A stretch of 63,994 nt of DNA, counting the filler, from Octopus bimaculoides (lineage: Eukaryota), in NCBI RefSeq assembly GCF_001194135.2. It is 7 parts of 7 records of this genome, joined end to end, with 100 filler letters (N's around TTAATTAATTAA, not from the genome) between each part and the next. Parts side by side here need not be neighbours in the genome. Positions count along the whole stretch, not along the records: positions 22,160 to 41,466 come from NC_068991.1; 6 more parts are not named here. One strand, 5' to 3'. Shown here one piece after another: positions 25,793 to 37,818 of this stretch. The position numbers were made by a program, and so were the translations under genes. Each line of letters begins with the position of its first letter. The first letter of the stretch is position 1. Under the pieces are notes generated by a model. It made no database searches and had not been told where the DNA came from. It was given only the letters and a program-made list of their open reading frames with translations.

Positions 25793-26092
25793 GCATTATA
25801 TCCTTTTATATTCAAATTCTAAAGGGGTTAGAATTGTTTTCCCTTCCACTGTAAAAAAATAGATAGTATGAGGGTGATTGACTACAATATGGTGTCTCTA
25901 TGGTGTCAGTGTTATGGTGTATGTTTGTGGTAGCCATGGAATGTCAACATTCATGCCCATGCATGCACACACACACATGCATATATATATATATATGCAT
26001 ATATATATACATACATACATATATGTACATATACATATATATACATAAACAGGCTTCCACATGAATGTCTTAACCACAGAGCCATGCTTATA

Positions 26093-26128
<36 letters not shown>

Positions 26129-26432
26129 TATAAATATATATGTGTATTTATATATTCATATATATTTTTGTATTTATTCTTAAACACGAAATCAGACTGG
26201 TGAGTGTGTTAACTTAATAAGGTACTAAAAGAGAATGACTCTCGCCAAAAGAATTTTATTGACAGTGACTTTGAAATTTTGACCAATGAAACCGTCATCA
26301 AAGTCACTGTCAATGACAGTGTAAGAATAATAAATTTGTAAAGTTGTACTCTACAAAAGTATAGAGTAATGTAAAATTGTTTTTAATATAACTGAACATA
26401 AAAAAAACAAATATTAACTTAATATACATCAT

Positions 26433-26463
<31 letters not shown>

Positions 26464-27233
26464 AGTTTATATATATATTAATATTATTTCAGTTATTAAA
26501 ACTTTCGATATTTTAAATACGTTAATAGTTACCAGAGGTAGCAAAATTACACTAAAAAACAAGATATCACAGCCGTACACATGTATATACGCGCACACAC
26601 ACACATATGCAAACCTTCATTAGACTACGATGTTTCATTTACTTTCAATTTTATTTACTTTTTCGCTACATATAAATATGTCATTAGGTTCCCTCATATG
26701 ATGTACTACCTTAGTTCCCTCCCTTCCTCCCTCTTTTCTGACTCAGCAATTAGCTCTCTCTAATTTAACAGAACCACAACATATTTATCTCCCCATATTT
26801 AAATAACTCTCTGAGTTTAACCTTTAGCATCACGTCAAAAACACCCTCCCTTTATATCTCTATGTAAACTAGCGTTCTTATTCCTAAAGCCCATGGAATA
26901 ATATCGTTGACCCCTTTACATCTCTATGTAAACAAACCTTCTAACGGTCACTGACCATGTAACATCTCAGCTNNNNNNNNNNNNNNNNNNNNNNNNNNNN
27001 NNNNNNNNNNNNNNNNNNNNNNNNNNNNNNNNNNNNNNNNNNNNNNNNNNNNNNNNNNNNNNNNNNNNNNNNNNNNNNNNNNNNNNNNNNNNNNNNNNNN
27101 NNNNNNNNNNNNNNNNNNNNNNNNNNNNNNNNNNNNNNNNNNNNNNNNNNNNNNNNNNNNNNNNNNNNNNNNNNNNNNNNNNNNNNNNNNNNNNNNNNNN
27201 NNNNNNNNNNNNNNNNNNNNNNNNNNNNNNNNN

Positions 27234-27267
<34 letters not shown>

Positions 27268-27335
27268 CTCCTACTCAGCTGATAAATTTTCTTTTGAGAA
27301 ATATAGAATTATAAAATGTGATTGATATTTTTCAG

Positions 27336-27641
27336 ACCTGTCATTATTGTTTGGTGGATGACATTGATGATACCGTAGATGTTAGCAGTTCTTTTCTCAC
27401 TTTCCAAGAGCCTTGTTGCTGTTGCAATAAACCACATAGTTTCGAAACTGAATTCACTCAGATCCTCGAAGATCATATTGCTCAGCCATGTTGTGCTCAT
27501 GTTGTAACAAGGAACCTAACAAGCATGTGTGAAGACAACCTTCTTTCATGCAGTTCTAGTACATCTTCCTTGGAGGCCTTTGATTTTTTATTCACCAACC
27601 ATGCAGACAATTTTGATCTTAAATTTACGAATATTGATTGA
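27336..27641 (+). CDS. Probable terminal exon of the uncharacterised gene (Cys/Asp-rich)
   Basis: GATATTTTTCAG phase-0 acceptor; 101 codons TCHYCLVDDIDD...EPCCCCNKPH...QPCCAH...TNID then TGA; AATAAA about 10 nt after the stop. Confidence 0.55.
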   Translation, partial: TCHYCLVDDIDDTVDVSSSFLTFQEPCCCCNKPHSFETEFTQILEDHIAQPCCAHVVTRNLTSMCEDNLLSCSSSTSSLEAFDFLFTNHADNFDLKFTNID

Positions 27642-28732
27642 GTATAAAAATAATAAAAGAAACTATACTTTCTTTTTCTGACTTATATTTATTTTTTTTC
27701 TATTTTCTACTTTACTTGACTGCTTTCCCTGTCTCTTTTCTCCTTCTTCTCCCAGTGCACATCCCTGACTAGAAAGTTACAAACAAACAATGTAACACTA
27801 TTTTTTTTTGTTTTTGTTTCACTCACTGTGGTCATGCTGGGGCACTACCTCGAAGAGTTTAGTTGAATAAATCGACCCCAGTAATTTAAGTCTGGTAGTT
27901 ATTCTATCAGTATCTTTTTGCTGAATTGCTAAGTTATGAGAACAAAAAAAAAACAACTTCTATTGTCAACTAGAGGTGGGGGACAAACACAACACAATGG
28001 CATGTGCACACACACACACACACACATACCAAAAGGACTTTCATACAGATCCCATCTACTAAATTCCATCATTGGTCAGTACAGGGTTATACTAGAAGAC
28101 ACCTGCCCAATAAACTTTCTTGGTTTTTCTTCTTTTGGCAATCATTTTTGCTAATATTAAATCATTACATTTATATCTTTTATAAATACAATTTCTATGT
28201 ATTCTAAATTCCAGATTGAATAATCAATATCTCCGTTGTTATGTTGTAATCATTTTAGCAATTTTTTTCCAATAACAGAAGTACAATAATGTGTATGTGG
28301 AAAAGGATAAAGATGAGTAAATATACTCTACAAGTATTGAGCACTCCTGTTTGGAAAATTAAGAATGTGCATATATCCTCCTCCTTATTAGTTGTCTATG
28401 CTAGCCTGGGTTGACACTACTATGTGATTGCATATGTATACACAAACACATATTGGTAAAATAGCACAAATGGAACAATAGGAATAAGAGACAACTTGAG
28501 AGGTTATAGCAAGTAGACAAAAATTAAAACATAGTAGACAGAATGTAAACAAAAATAATGAGCATAAAAAGTTGTGCGCAGTGAAATGTATGTTGAAAAA
28601 AGGGAAAGAAGTAAACTGATATTTCGACTGAACCCTTTATCAAAATAAAGTAAGAAAGAAATAAGAAAAAAATATGAAGCAAAGAAACAATATCTGCTAA
28701 TACTGAGCATTCTTTGTCTTGCTGTATATATA

Positions 28733-28974
28733 CAGGATTCATTTATTCACTAAAAGTCACCTGACAGTAAATCAAAACCATTTTATTCCAAGATTTATTT
28801 ATGTGTAACAACTGAATGAATTTAATAAAAGCATCTAAATATGAAACATCATGCAAATTATTCAAACTGAAGTCCTTCTTGAATGACACCATTTTTCCAA
28901 ATGAATAAATAAAATTGAATATTAAGTATTTATGGAATTTTGATTTACTGTCAGGTGACTTTTGCCCAACCCTG
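28733..28974. mobile_element. Tc1/mariner-derived MITE
   Basis: TA flanks, CAGG...CCTG ends and a perfect 26-bp inverted repeat AAAAGTCACCTGACAGTAAATCAAAA (28752-28777 and 28938-28963). Confidence 0.8.
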
Positions 28975-28999
28975 TATATATATGTATATAACGTGTGTG

Positions 29000-29791
29000 T
29001 GTGCATTTAATTTGTCCAGCTGGACATAGTACCAATCCAAGTTCGTAAAAGACAACACCCCTACAATCCCACTAAATTGAAAGTATAACCTTCTTTGGGT
29101 GAAGTCCTGCTTTGGTGTTTGTGTGCGCTGGTTCACCACGCTTTCCTCATGACTGTTTGCACTTCATATTGTTAAAGATGATCCATTTTTCATCTTCTGT
29201 CACCATTCTCTTCAAAAAAAGAATTGTTTTCTTCACACATCTGCAGCAAGTTGAAGATGGATATTCATTGGCCCATTTTCTCCTCATTAAATTGGTGTGG
29301 GACTCAAATATTGAGCCTGCTGATCTAACCAAGTTAATGCAGAGGGTTTTCAACTTTCGATTTGGATATTTAGAGAATATCTGCAATCATCCTGGTCGTA
29401 TAATGAGTATTGGTCTCAACTAACTGCTTTACTTTGTCACTGTTAATCTCGGACAGCCAGAACGAGGCACACCTTGAATGGGAAGATTTCCCAATCAAAA
29501 TCTTCAAAACCACTTCTGGCACATGCATTCTGTAACAATATCCTCTCCGAACACAGCAAATATCTTCTTGCAGGTTTCCACTGCTTTTTGTCTTTTTGAA
29601 ATAAAAGAAAAAGCATAAGGTGTTGATGATGTTTGTTTTGGTTCTCCCTTTTCAGTGTGATTCCAACCACACAAAATACAACTAGTCTCAATACAAGTTC
29701 GCATTGAACTTCATTAATGTGTTGGGTATCTAACGAGCACACATGCACAAAGGAAAAGAAAAAACAAATGAACTTGTTAGCTAACCCAATA
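29000..29791 (-). mobile_element. Mariner transposon, 5' two-thirds, degenerate
   Basis: TATTGGGTTAGCTAACAAG TIR at 29791. Transposase remnants include KAVETCKKIFAVFGEDIVTECMCQKWF, IWVPHQ and RMVTEDEKWIIFNN. Confidence 0.88.
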
Positions 29792-29799
29792 CACACATA

Positions 29800-31040
29800 C
29801 ACACGACGGTATGACAAACTTCCACACAATTTCCGTCAACCAAATTCACTCACAAAGGATTACTTGGGTCACGGTTATTCTAGAAGATGGATGTCGTTCT
29901 TGTTGAACCAATCTTGATGTTTCTTCACCAGTTTGCTAAATCATGCTTGGAGCAAGAGTGCATCCAAGTGATTTTTGATGGTTTTTTTGTACTTGAAGAC
30001 AGTGTTTGTAATTACTAGGTTGAACTCAGAGCAGAGGGCTAGTAGAAAGTCACCATTTAAATTTCACTTTCCTGCTCCATGTTTGCCTATCATATCAGGC
30101 CTTCTGTCTACACTTCTCCCTACTCTTGCATTGAGATCTCCAGAAATTATCTGCTTGTCTTTGCAAGGAACTTTCCCCAGCACCTCTCTCAGCTTATTCA
30201 ATGTGGGTGCGTAGACACTGACAATTGTGGCATAGACCTTTTTGTGGAGTAGTAGTCTTGTTATGATCCTGTCAGTAACTGGTGTTGGGTCTTCCTTCAG
30301 TTGTAGAGCGGTGGAGTTCCTCATTGCAAGGCCAACACCAGCGCCCCTCCTTATTCTCACCCCAGAAGTATTTGTAGCCATGATCTACCATTCTGTCATG
30401 TCCAAGTGAAAGTGTTTCACAACACAAAGCTGTTATGTCGATGTAATATCTATCTAATTCCTTTTCAACTAGAGTAGCCTGACGGTCAGATCTTTCAGAT
30501 TTGGTTTTATCAAGTAGTGTTCTAATAGTCCAGTCAGCAATAGTCATTATTTTCTTTTGCCCTATCCTACATTTCACTAGCTGCCGGAGTGGGAGCAAAC
30601 CAGCACAGACCTTGTTTACTTGGACGATGTCTGAGTTGGAATGCAAATCTTTTGCCTTTGTGATTTCATTTACCATAGAACTACTTGCAAAGTCATGGAA
30701 TGAAACTAGCTTTTGCAATTGGCTAGTATCACTTTCGATACAGCACTAATGTTTTCCAGCGGGCAAGGACAAGCCAAGACATGCTGGCATCAGTGCCATA
30801 CTGCAGCGACTGGCTGGATTATAGGTTTGTTTATCTCCGCCCTTGGGTGATGCCACCTGTCAATCATCTGGGAGTGGTCTATCATAGACACGTGCACACA
30901 TTATTGGATGGCCATTGATTCTTATGAGTTCCTCTGTTCTTTGTCAGGTTTTGTTTTTAGTCCCCAGGGTGTCCAAAATCACTCTCGTCACCAAGCAAGC
31001 TTGGCAGGGTTGCCGGTTTAGTCACCAACGACTCGACCAT
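29800..31040 (-). mobile_element. RTE-clade LINE 5' UTR and apurinic endonuclease domain, degenerate
   Basis: MTIADWTIRTLLD...ELDRYYIDITALCCET...GVGLAM...TIVSVYAPT...IISGDLNARVG...LVITNTVF, which are APE motifs of the RTE type. Confidence 0.88.
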
Positions 31041-31180
31041 GCAACAAATTGTACTGGGTTACATGTTACCAGATTCTAGAAGATACTTGCCAAAAGTGCC
31101 AAATATTGGGACTGAACCCAAAACTATGTGGTTGCAAAGTGAGCTTCTTAACCACAGACACACACACACACACACATATA

Positions 31181-32018
31181 TCTATATATATAAAAATGAG
31201 AATGTGTGTCTGTCTGTCTGTGTGAATCCCTAAAACTCGAGAACTACGCAACCAATTTCATTCGAATTTTACACATGCCTTACTTAGGGTTCCAGTTGTG
31301 TTTTAGTCAAAAAAATTATTAACTTCTTGCAGAGTTCGAGCACACGGCAACATAATATCTCCTCCACTATTTAAGTATTACGTGTCAAAAGTGAAACAAA
31401 AACACTCATGTCAAATACTTTCACTTTAAAAATGAAACTATTCCACTAACTGAAACAATCACATTTCGATACTGNNNNNNNNNNNNNNNNNNNNNNNNNN
31501 NNNNNNNNNNNNNNNNNNNNNNNNNNNNNNNNNNNNNNNNNNNNNNNNNNNNNNNNNNNNNNNNNNNNNNNNNNNNNNNNNNNNNNNNNNNNNNNNNNNN
31601 NNATTTCATAAAGATCCATTCAGTACTTTTGACGTAGTTTTGGATAAGAAAACAAATGACTAATGTGTGTGTTTGTGTGCATGTGTATGTGTGTGTGATG
31701 GGTGTATATATATATATAGATGTACATGTAATATGTACACATATATACATATATACATGCATACAGATATCTATATATATATATACACCCATCACACACA
31801 CATACACATGCACACAAACACACACATTAGTCATTTGTTTTCTTATCCAAAACTACGTCAAAAGTACTGAATGGATCTTTATGAAATTTGGAAATTATAT
31901 TCTTTGCATAACGGCCATAACTCCCATGAAAATTCATATAACTTTGATGCGTAGTCTAGACGGCGTTTTTAGATTTCATTATTCTCTTTACCCGGGCAAC
32001 GCCGGGTATTTCTGCTAG
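31181..32018 (+). mobile_element. Non-autonomous Helitron
   Basis: A|TCTATATATAT 5' end and a subterminal hairpin ACCCGGGC-AAC-GCCGGGT followed by CTAG|T, giving the canonical A-T insertion signature. Confidence 0.85.
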
Positions 32019-32036
32019 TATATATATATGTATATA

Positions 32037-32267
32037 TAAAGTGATGGTTTGTTGCCAACTTAATGTGGCAGTCCCAGGAAAGGGAAGAATGCTACTGCTA
32101 TTTAGCCCCAGGAAACACCGTTTCCAGTTTGCTATGTGACACAAGCTTTCTGTGTCCTTATGTGTCACATAGCCAACTGGAAATGGTGTTTCCTGGGGCT
32201 AAATAGCAGTAGCATTCTTCCCTTTCCTGGAACTGCCACAATAAGTTGACAACAAACCATCACTTTA
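32037..32267. mobile_element. 231-bp near-perfect fold-back MITE
   Basis: TAAAGTGATGGTTTGTTG...TATGTGACACA and TGTGTCACATAG...CAAACCATCACTTTA form arms of about 105 bp with only a few mismatches. Confidence 0.85.
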
Positions 32268-32336
32268 TTGTGCTGCTACTGTATAAGTCTCTCTCATAGA
32301 TTTAGAAATGCAATATTTCTAATATATATACTCTCT

Positions 32337-32505
32337 GAGTGGTCGGCGTTAGGAAGGGCATCCAGCTGTAGAAACTCTGCCAAATTTAGATTGGAGCCTG
32401 GTGTTGCCATCCGGTTTCACCAGTCCTCAGTCAAATCGTCCAACCCATGCTAGCATGGAAAGCGGACGTTAAACGATGATGATGATGATGATGATAATAT
32501 ATATA
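32337..32505 (+). mobile_element. SINE/LINE 3' tail ending in (GAT)n
   Basis: GGCGTTAGGAAGGGCATCCAGCTGTAGAAAC...AACCCATGCTAGCATGGAAAGCGGACGTTAAAC(GAT)n, a recognisable RTE-like tail. Confidence 0.6.
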
Positions 32506-32527
32506 TCATAAATGAAAAAAATGTATT

Positions 32528-32703
32528 GTAAATAAACAAACGACATAACGTATACTCAGTGTACAACCGGACGGGAGACAGACACACCATTAATGATAAA
32601 TGGTGCGAAATTGAGTAATACCATTTCGTTGATAACTGACGAAGTACTAAGGAATCCCGTCCGGTTGTACACACAGTATACGTTATGTCGTTTGTTTATT
32701 TAC
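32528..32703. mobile_element. MITE with ~50-bp TIRs
   Basis: GTAAATAAACAAACGACATAACGTATACT..TGTACAACCGGACGGGA is mirrored at 32655-32703. Confidence 0.8.
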
Positions 32704-32759
32704 GTTTTTTGGTTTGTTAAGTAATGGACTGCAACGCACCCCGACTTACATTAACTGTT

Positions 32760-33065
32760 TTATATATATATATATATAAATGAGAATGTGTGTCTGTCTG
32801 TCTGTCTGTGTGAATCCCTAAAACTCGAGAACTACGCAACCAATTTCATTCAAATTTTACACATGCCTTACTTAGGGTTCCAGTTGTGTTTTAGTCAAAA
32901 AAAATTATTAACTTCTTGCAGAGTTCGAGCACACGGCAACATAATATCTCCTCCACTATTTAAGTATTACGTGTCAAAAGTGAAACAAAAACACTCATGT
33001 CAAATACTTTCACTTTAAAAATGAAACTATTCCACTAACTGAAACAATCACATTTCGATACTGTA
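32760..33065 (+). mobile_element. Second copy of the Helitron 5' portion
   Basis: About 285 bp almost identical to 31190-31474. Confidence 0.85.
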
Positions 33066-33969
33066 GTGACAGATACTTTCACAGAGAGAGAAAGAGAGAG
33101 ACAGNNNNNNNNNNNNNNNNNNNNNNNNNNNNNNNNNNNNNNNNNNNNNNNNNNNNNNNNNNNNNNNNNNNNNNNNNNNNNNNNNNNNNNNNNNNNNNNN
33201 NNNNNNNNNNNNNNNNNNNNNNNNNNNNNNNNNNNNNNNNNNNNNNNNNNNNNNNNNNNNNNNNNNNNNNNNNNNNNNNNNNNNNNNNNNNNNNNNNNNN
33301 NNNNNNNNNNNNNNNNNNNNNNNNNNNNNNNNNNNNNNNNNNNNNNNNNNNNNNNNNNNNNNNNNNNNNNNNNNNNNNNNNNNNNNNNNNNNNNNNNNNN
33401 NNNNNNNNNNNNNNNNNNNNNNNNNNNNNNNNNNNNNNNNNNNNNNNNNNNNNNNNNNNNNNNNNNNNNNNNNNNNNNNNNNNNNNNNNNNNNNNNNNNN
33501 NNNNNNNNNNNNNNNNNNNNNNNNNNNNNNNNNNNNNNNNNNNNNNNNNNNNNNNNNNNNNNNNNNNNNNNNNNNNNNNNNNNNNNNNNNNNNNNNNNNN
33601 NNNNNNNNNNNNNNNNNNNNNNNNNNNNNNNNNNNNNNNNNNNNNNNNNNNNNNNNNNNNNNNNNNNNNNNNNNNNNNNNNNNNNNNNNNNNNNNNNNNN
33701 NNNNNNNNNNNNNNNNNNNNNNNNNNNNNNNNNNNNNNNNNNNNNNNNNNNNNNNNNNNNNNNNNNNNNNNNNNNNNNNNNNNNNNNNNNNNNNNNNNNN
33801 NNNNNNNNNNNNNNNNNNNNNNNNNNNNNNNNNNNNNNNNNNNNNNNNNNNNNNNNNNNNNNNNNNNNNNNNNNNNNNNTGCGAACCAAAGGAGATGGCG
33901 ACGTAGACGGGAAAAGGCTCCTTTTTACCACGGCTCACGGTCGAACACAAAAATAAAGATATATATATA

Positions 33970-34850
33970 TATAATAGAAGAAGGCTCCTCGTAAGAGAAT
34001 ACGAGCCATAGTGCCAGTAATAAGAACTTAGGACAACTCAACCGTTAGATATATAATGAGAATACGTTTATTAACAAAGTGAAACTGTTTGTGTCTGTGT
34101 GTGCGTGCATGCGACATATAAAACACAATGTAAGACAGGCCGTCATGTAAGCAAAGAGTGTGTATACAAATATATGTATGTGAATGCAAGAGATACAGAG
34201 CATAGAAAAGAGTCAGTAACACGGATAAGACAATACCAGTTCGTAGTTAGGGTACACAGTAGTTAGAAAGTCTGTATATAAGAGGTTGAGGCGTTGAGGC
34301 AGGGCTAAGTCACTTGTCGTGCAGTTGAGGCTTCTATGCCGGGCCGGGCTACTTGATACAGATGGTTTCTCGCAGGTGTCGAATTCTGTTAACCTTGGTG
34401 AAGATATTTCACAACAGTATTGGTTGAACCTGTGCGGGCGCTGTTTGGTTGCTGTTGGTAGCTTGTGTACGTAGAGACGTTGGGGAAGCTTGTAGTAAAC
34501 AGTTGAACGATGGTGTTGATGTCGTCGCTGGAAACTGGCTGGTTGGTGTTACGTGTGGTCAACGACCAGATTTTAGAAGATCTGAAACCGCGACAAAGTG
34601 ACGCGTATAAAACAGGCTATTTATAGGTAAATAGAGGCTCCAGAAAGATCAGAAAAACACTCTCTCACGTGACCTTATTAGATGGCCACGATTGGTCGGT
34701 TTGCACCCTGGCGCGAAAGGACTGGAGACAATTGCCGCGCAAATAATAGTCAGTCAGGTGACAACAGCCGGGTCCAAGGCGGGAAAGAGAGATATTACCT
34801 GCTACGTTCGCATTTGTAAATAAATAACGGAGAGAGGTGGTTTCACTACA
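33970..34850 (-). mobile_element. Probable solo LTR in a (TA)n tract
   Basis: Minus strand begins TGTAGTGAAACC, contains TATAAATAG and AATAAA, and ends ...CTATTATA (degenerate CA end). TA runs flank both sides. Confidence 0.55.
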
Positions 34851-34954
34851 TATATATATATATATATTGTGTGTGTGTACGTATTTATGCTCTAAATTTT
34901 ACTTCTCTGTTTTGCACAGGATTAAGTGACGGGCTATTTAAAACTTTTCCAGTA

Positions 34955-35165
34955 ATTTCTTTATTGCCCTCAAGGGGCTAAACATAGAGGGGGCAAACAA
35001 GAACAGACAAAGGGATTAAGTCGATTACATCGACTTCAGTGCGTAACTGGTACTTAATTTATCGACTTAATTTATCGACCTCGGCGGAATTTGAACTCAA
35101 AACGTAACGGTAGACGAAATATTGCTAAGCATTTCGCCCGGCGGGGTAACGTTTCTGCCAGCTCG
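34955..35165 (-). mobile_element. tRNA-derived SINE, family B
   Basis: Homologous to 40460-40660 in reverse orientation. Confidence 0.8.
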
Positions 35166-35522
35166 CCGCCTTTTCCAATAATTTCTTTTAACGCTAATAG
35201 ACAAATAAATATACATAATGTCCACTCCACGTCTGAAACGTCAGAACTTTCCTCTTCTCAAAGCACACAAACTTCTCTTTAACTTAACAATTGTACTAAA
35301 TGTTACTTGCTGACGCAGACCCTCACAAGTTTGTTAAAATTTCTAGTTATTTTTCTTCTTTCTTTATTGTTTGACGTCTTAGTTTCCATACAAACTTACC
35401 TTAATGGGGAGTGAAACTATTTAAGCTAAACATGTTCGTTTAAACAACTCACGTCTAAGTGCAGGATCGGCTTTCATTCTTATTGTCCTTTCTCTTTCTT
35501 TCTCTCTGTCTCAGTCAGTCTG

Positions 35523-35553
<31 letters not shown>

Positions 35554-35854
35554 TTCCCCCCTCTCTCTCTAGCTTGTCACCTTTTGAAACATCAATCTAG
35601 CCTGAATTGCGGTCATCGAATTAATTCATCTCAAAATATAATGTCTCAGTTATGTTAATGTACTTTAATCGTTAGTTCGTAAGTAAACTCGTTAAAACAA
35701 GGAAGGTATGATTTCGTATTTACTGTCCAAAGAATATATAATTTTAATAATTTTTTTCTCTTTTCAAACTTAATGAAAGTTAAGTGCAAAGCAGAGTTGA
35801 CCTTTCCAGGATGTGAACTTAGTCACTCTGAAATAATTCAACTAAATAGTGCAT

Positions 35855-36155
35855 TTCTATATTTAAGAGATGAGGAATTATTTACATTATTTACATTATT
35901 TACATTTGACGGATATACGTCCTCATCTTGTTTGTTGTTAACACAACGTTTCAGCTGATATACCCTCCAGCCTTCGTCAGGTGTCTTGGGGAAATTTCGA
36001 ACCTGGGTTCTCATTCCTATCGATGTTACTATTATTATTATTATTATTATTATATTATTATTATTATTACTATTATTAATCAGGTCGCTGCCGTGAATCG
36101 AACTCGGAACCTTGGGGTTAGTAGCCCGCGCTCTTAGCCACTACGCCATATGCCC
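35855..36155 (-). mobile_element. tRNA-headed SINE (family C) carrying a hammerhead motif, copy 2
   Basis: Minus-strand head GGCGTAGTGGCTAAGAGCGCGGGCTACTAACCCCAAGGTTCCGAGTTCGATTCAC, (AAT)n linker and the same body as 17350-17635. Confidence 0.75.
35940..35985 (-). ncRNA. Minimal type I hammerhead ribozyme
   Basis: GACAC-CUGACGA-A-GGCUGG(AGGGUAUA)UCAGCU-GAAA-CG-UU-GUGUU. The core is intact and stem II is kept with G.U wobbles. Confidence 0.65.
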
Positions 36156-37818
36156 GTGCATCTCTCGCGTTACGACTACTTCAGGTCATTTCCAATATTA
36201 TGCATGCCGTGCAATCTCGTCAGCTACATGTTCTGCAAACGGTACTCTGAGGCCACCCCTATCTTTTAATCCTCTGACACTCTCAGTCAGGTTTTTCCCA
36301 ACCTTGTAAGAACATCCACCTTATTTTTCCTTAAGAGCACAAAAATCACTTATAACTTCGAACAGAATTCAGGTATTCAAACTCTCTTCTCACTGGTAAT
36401 TATCTATCACACCTTGCCCTTGTGGCAAAAATTCGTAATAATTATTTATCATACCTACTCATATACAGTATACAGTAACTGACTCAGTTCTGATTTCGAT
36501 ACTACGCACCCCTATCTCAAAGCCTAATTTATGCCCCTAAACAAAACATCAATTTGGCTATATCGGGTCGTTGCAGTCGTCTTTCATCTTAAACTGGATT
36601 TTTCATCGTAGCTACAGACCTTTCTTTCATCGTATCTCCGCAGTTTATCCCACTATCTTTCCTCTTTACATAGCAACGTAGTCCCGAGCCTTTTAACGAC
36701 AGAACTAGTAGCGTAACAGATTTCTATATATTGAGCATAATTCCTATCGACTCAGATTGTCTTAGATCTGAAATCTCATTCCCTCTCTGTCTTCTTCAAC
36801 CTCTACTATTTCCATTGCTGTCGCTTCCGGTGGTTTTGCAATCAACCGCTAATTTTCAGATGACTTATGACCTTTGCTGCAGTCACCAATGTTGTTCACC
36901 AAAATATCATCTATGTAATACTTAGTCACCTCTTTCACTTTGCCCACTTTCTCCAGTATCGTGTTGAGGACTGTCGCCACGATCTTTGATTAGACATCAT
37001 GTCTTGAAGCTGATACTTAACAAACTCTGAGCCACATGAAGCTTTAGATAGACTGATTTCAGATCAACACTTGCAAAAGCCTTTGTCATTTGTCTTCACT
37101 CTCTCAGAATCTCCCTACATACATATGTGGCCTTACCGTCTGTGTGACTTGCTGCAGATCCCGAAAGGCTAACACTAACCGAACTTAATCTTTGTTGACT
37201 GTGGCATAGCAGGTACCACGCCTGAAGTTAATAAGGACGTTAGTGAGCGATGTGCCGGAAGTAAGGAAGGAAATGACATTAGGTGACGAAGCGGGCGATT
37301 TGAGCGTTTTCTTTTTACTCGGGCAATGGCTGAGAACGAACGTGTGCAATTAAGGGGGCCTTGGAAATTCTTTCTATTGGCCAACGGGTAGATAGTATTT
37401 CACAGCTATCCACTTATCACCTCCTCTGTCCAAGGCATTAGAATATCTTCTTCATTCCATCTCTCCTTCTCAAATTTTACTCTCGTCTCCCTTTTTAAAG
37501 GTATTCTAGTAGCTCACTGGAAGCTCACTTCCGGAAACGTTCGACCATCCATTACTCATCACACTTTGCATAGAAATCCCTGGCCTCAATCGCATAAGAA
37601 ATATTCCTTTTACTAGAGCTCACTTAACAATTCTACTGTCCTCTCTCTTTAGCTGTACGCTCACAGTACATTGTACCTCGCTAAACTCTATTCCATCCTC
37701 ACTGACTGTAACACCCTCCCAGTAGGCCGTTCGCACCCATACTCATCACAACAACGACACCCTTAACAAGTGGTACTCAATCACAATCACATTGATCTTC
37801 ATTCACATTCCACGTACT

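Noticed and set aside
36081-36155. tRNA-like sequence as a genuine tRNA gene (also 17563-17635)
   Set aside because: There is no complete acceptor stem, the ACT anticodon is atypical, and it is fused to a repeated SINE body.
37400-37660. Possible CR1/L2 LINE 3' remnant on the minus strand
   Set aside because: The similarity is too faint to support from sequence alone.
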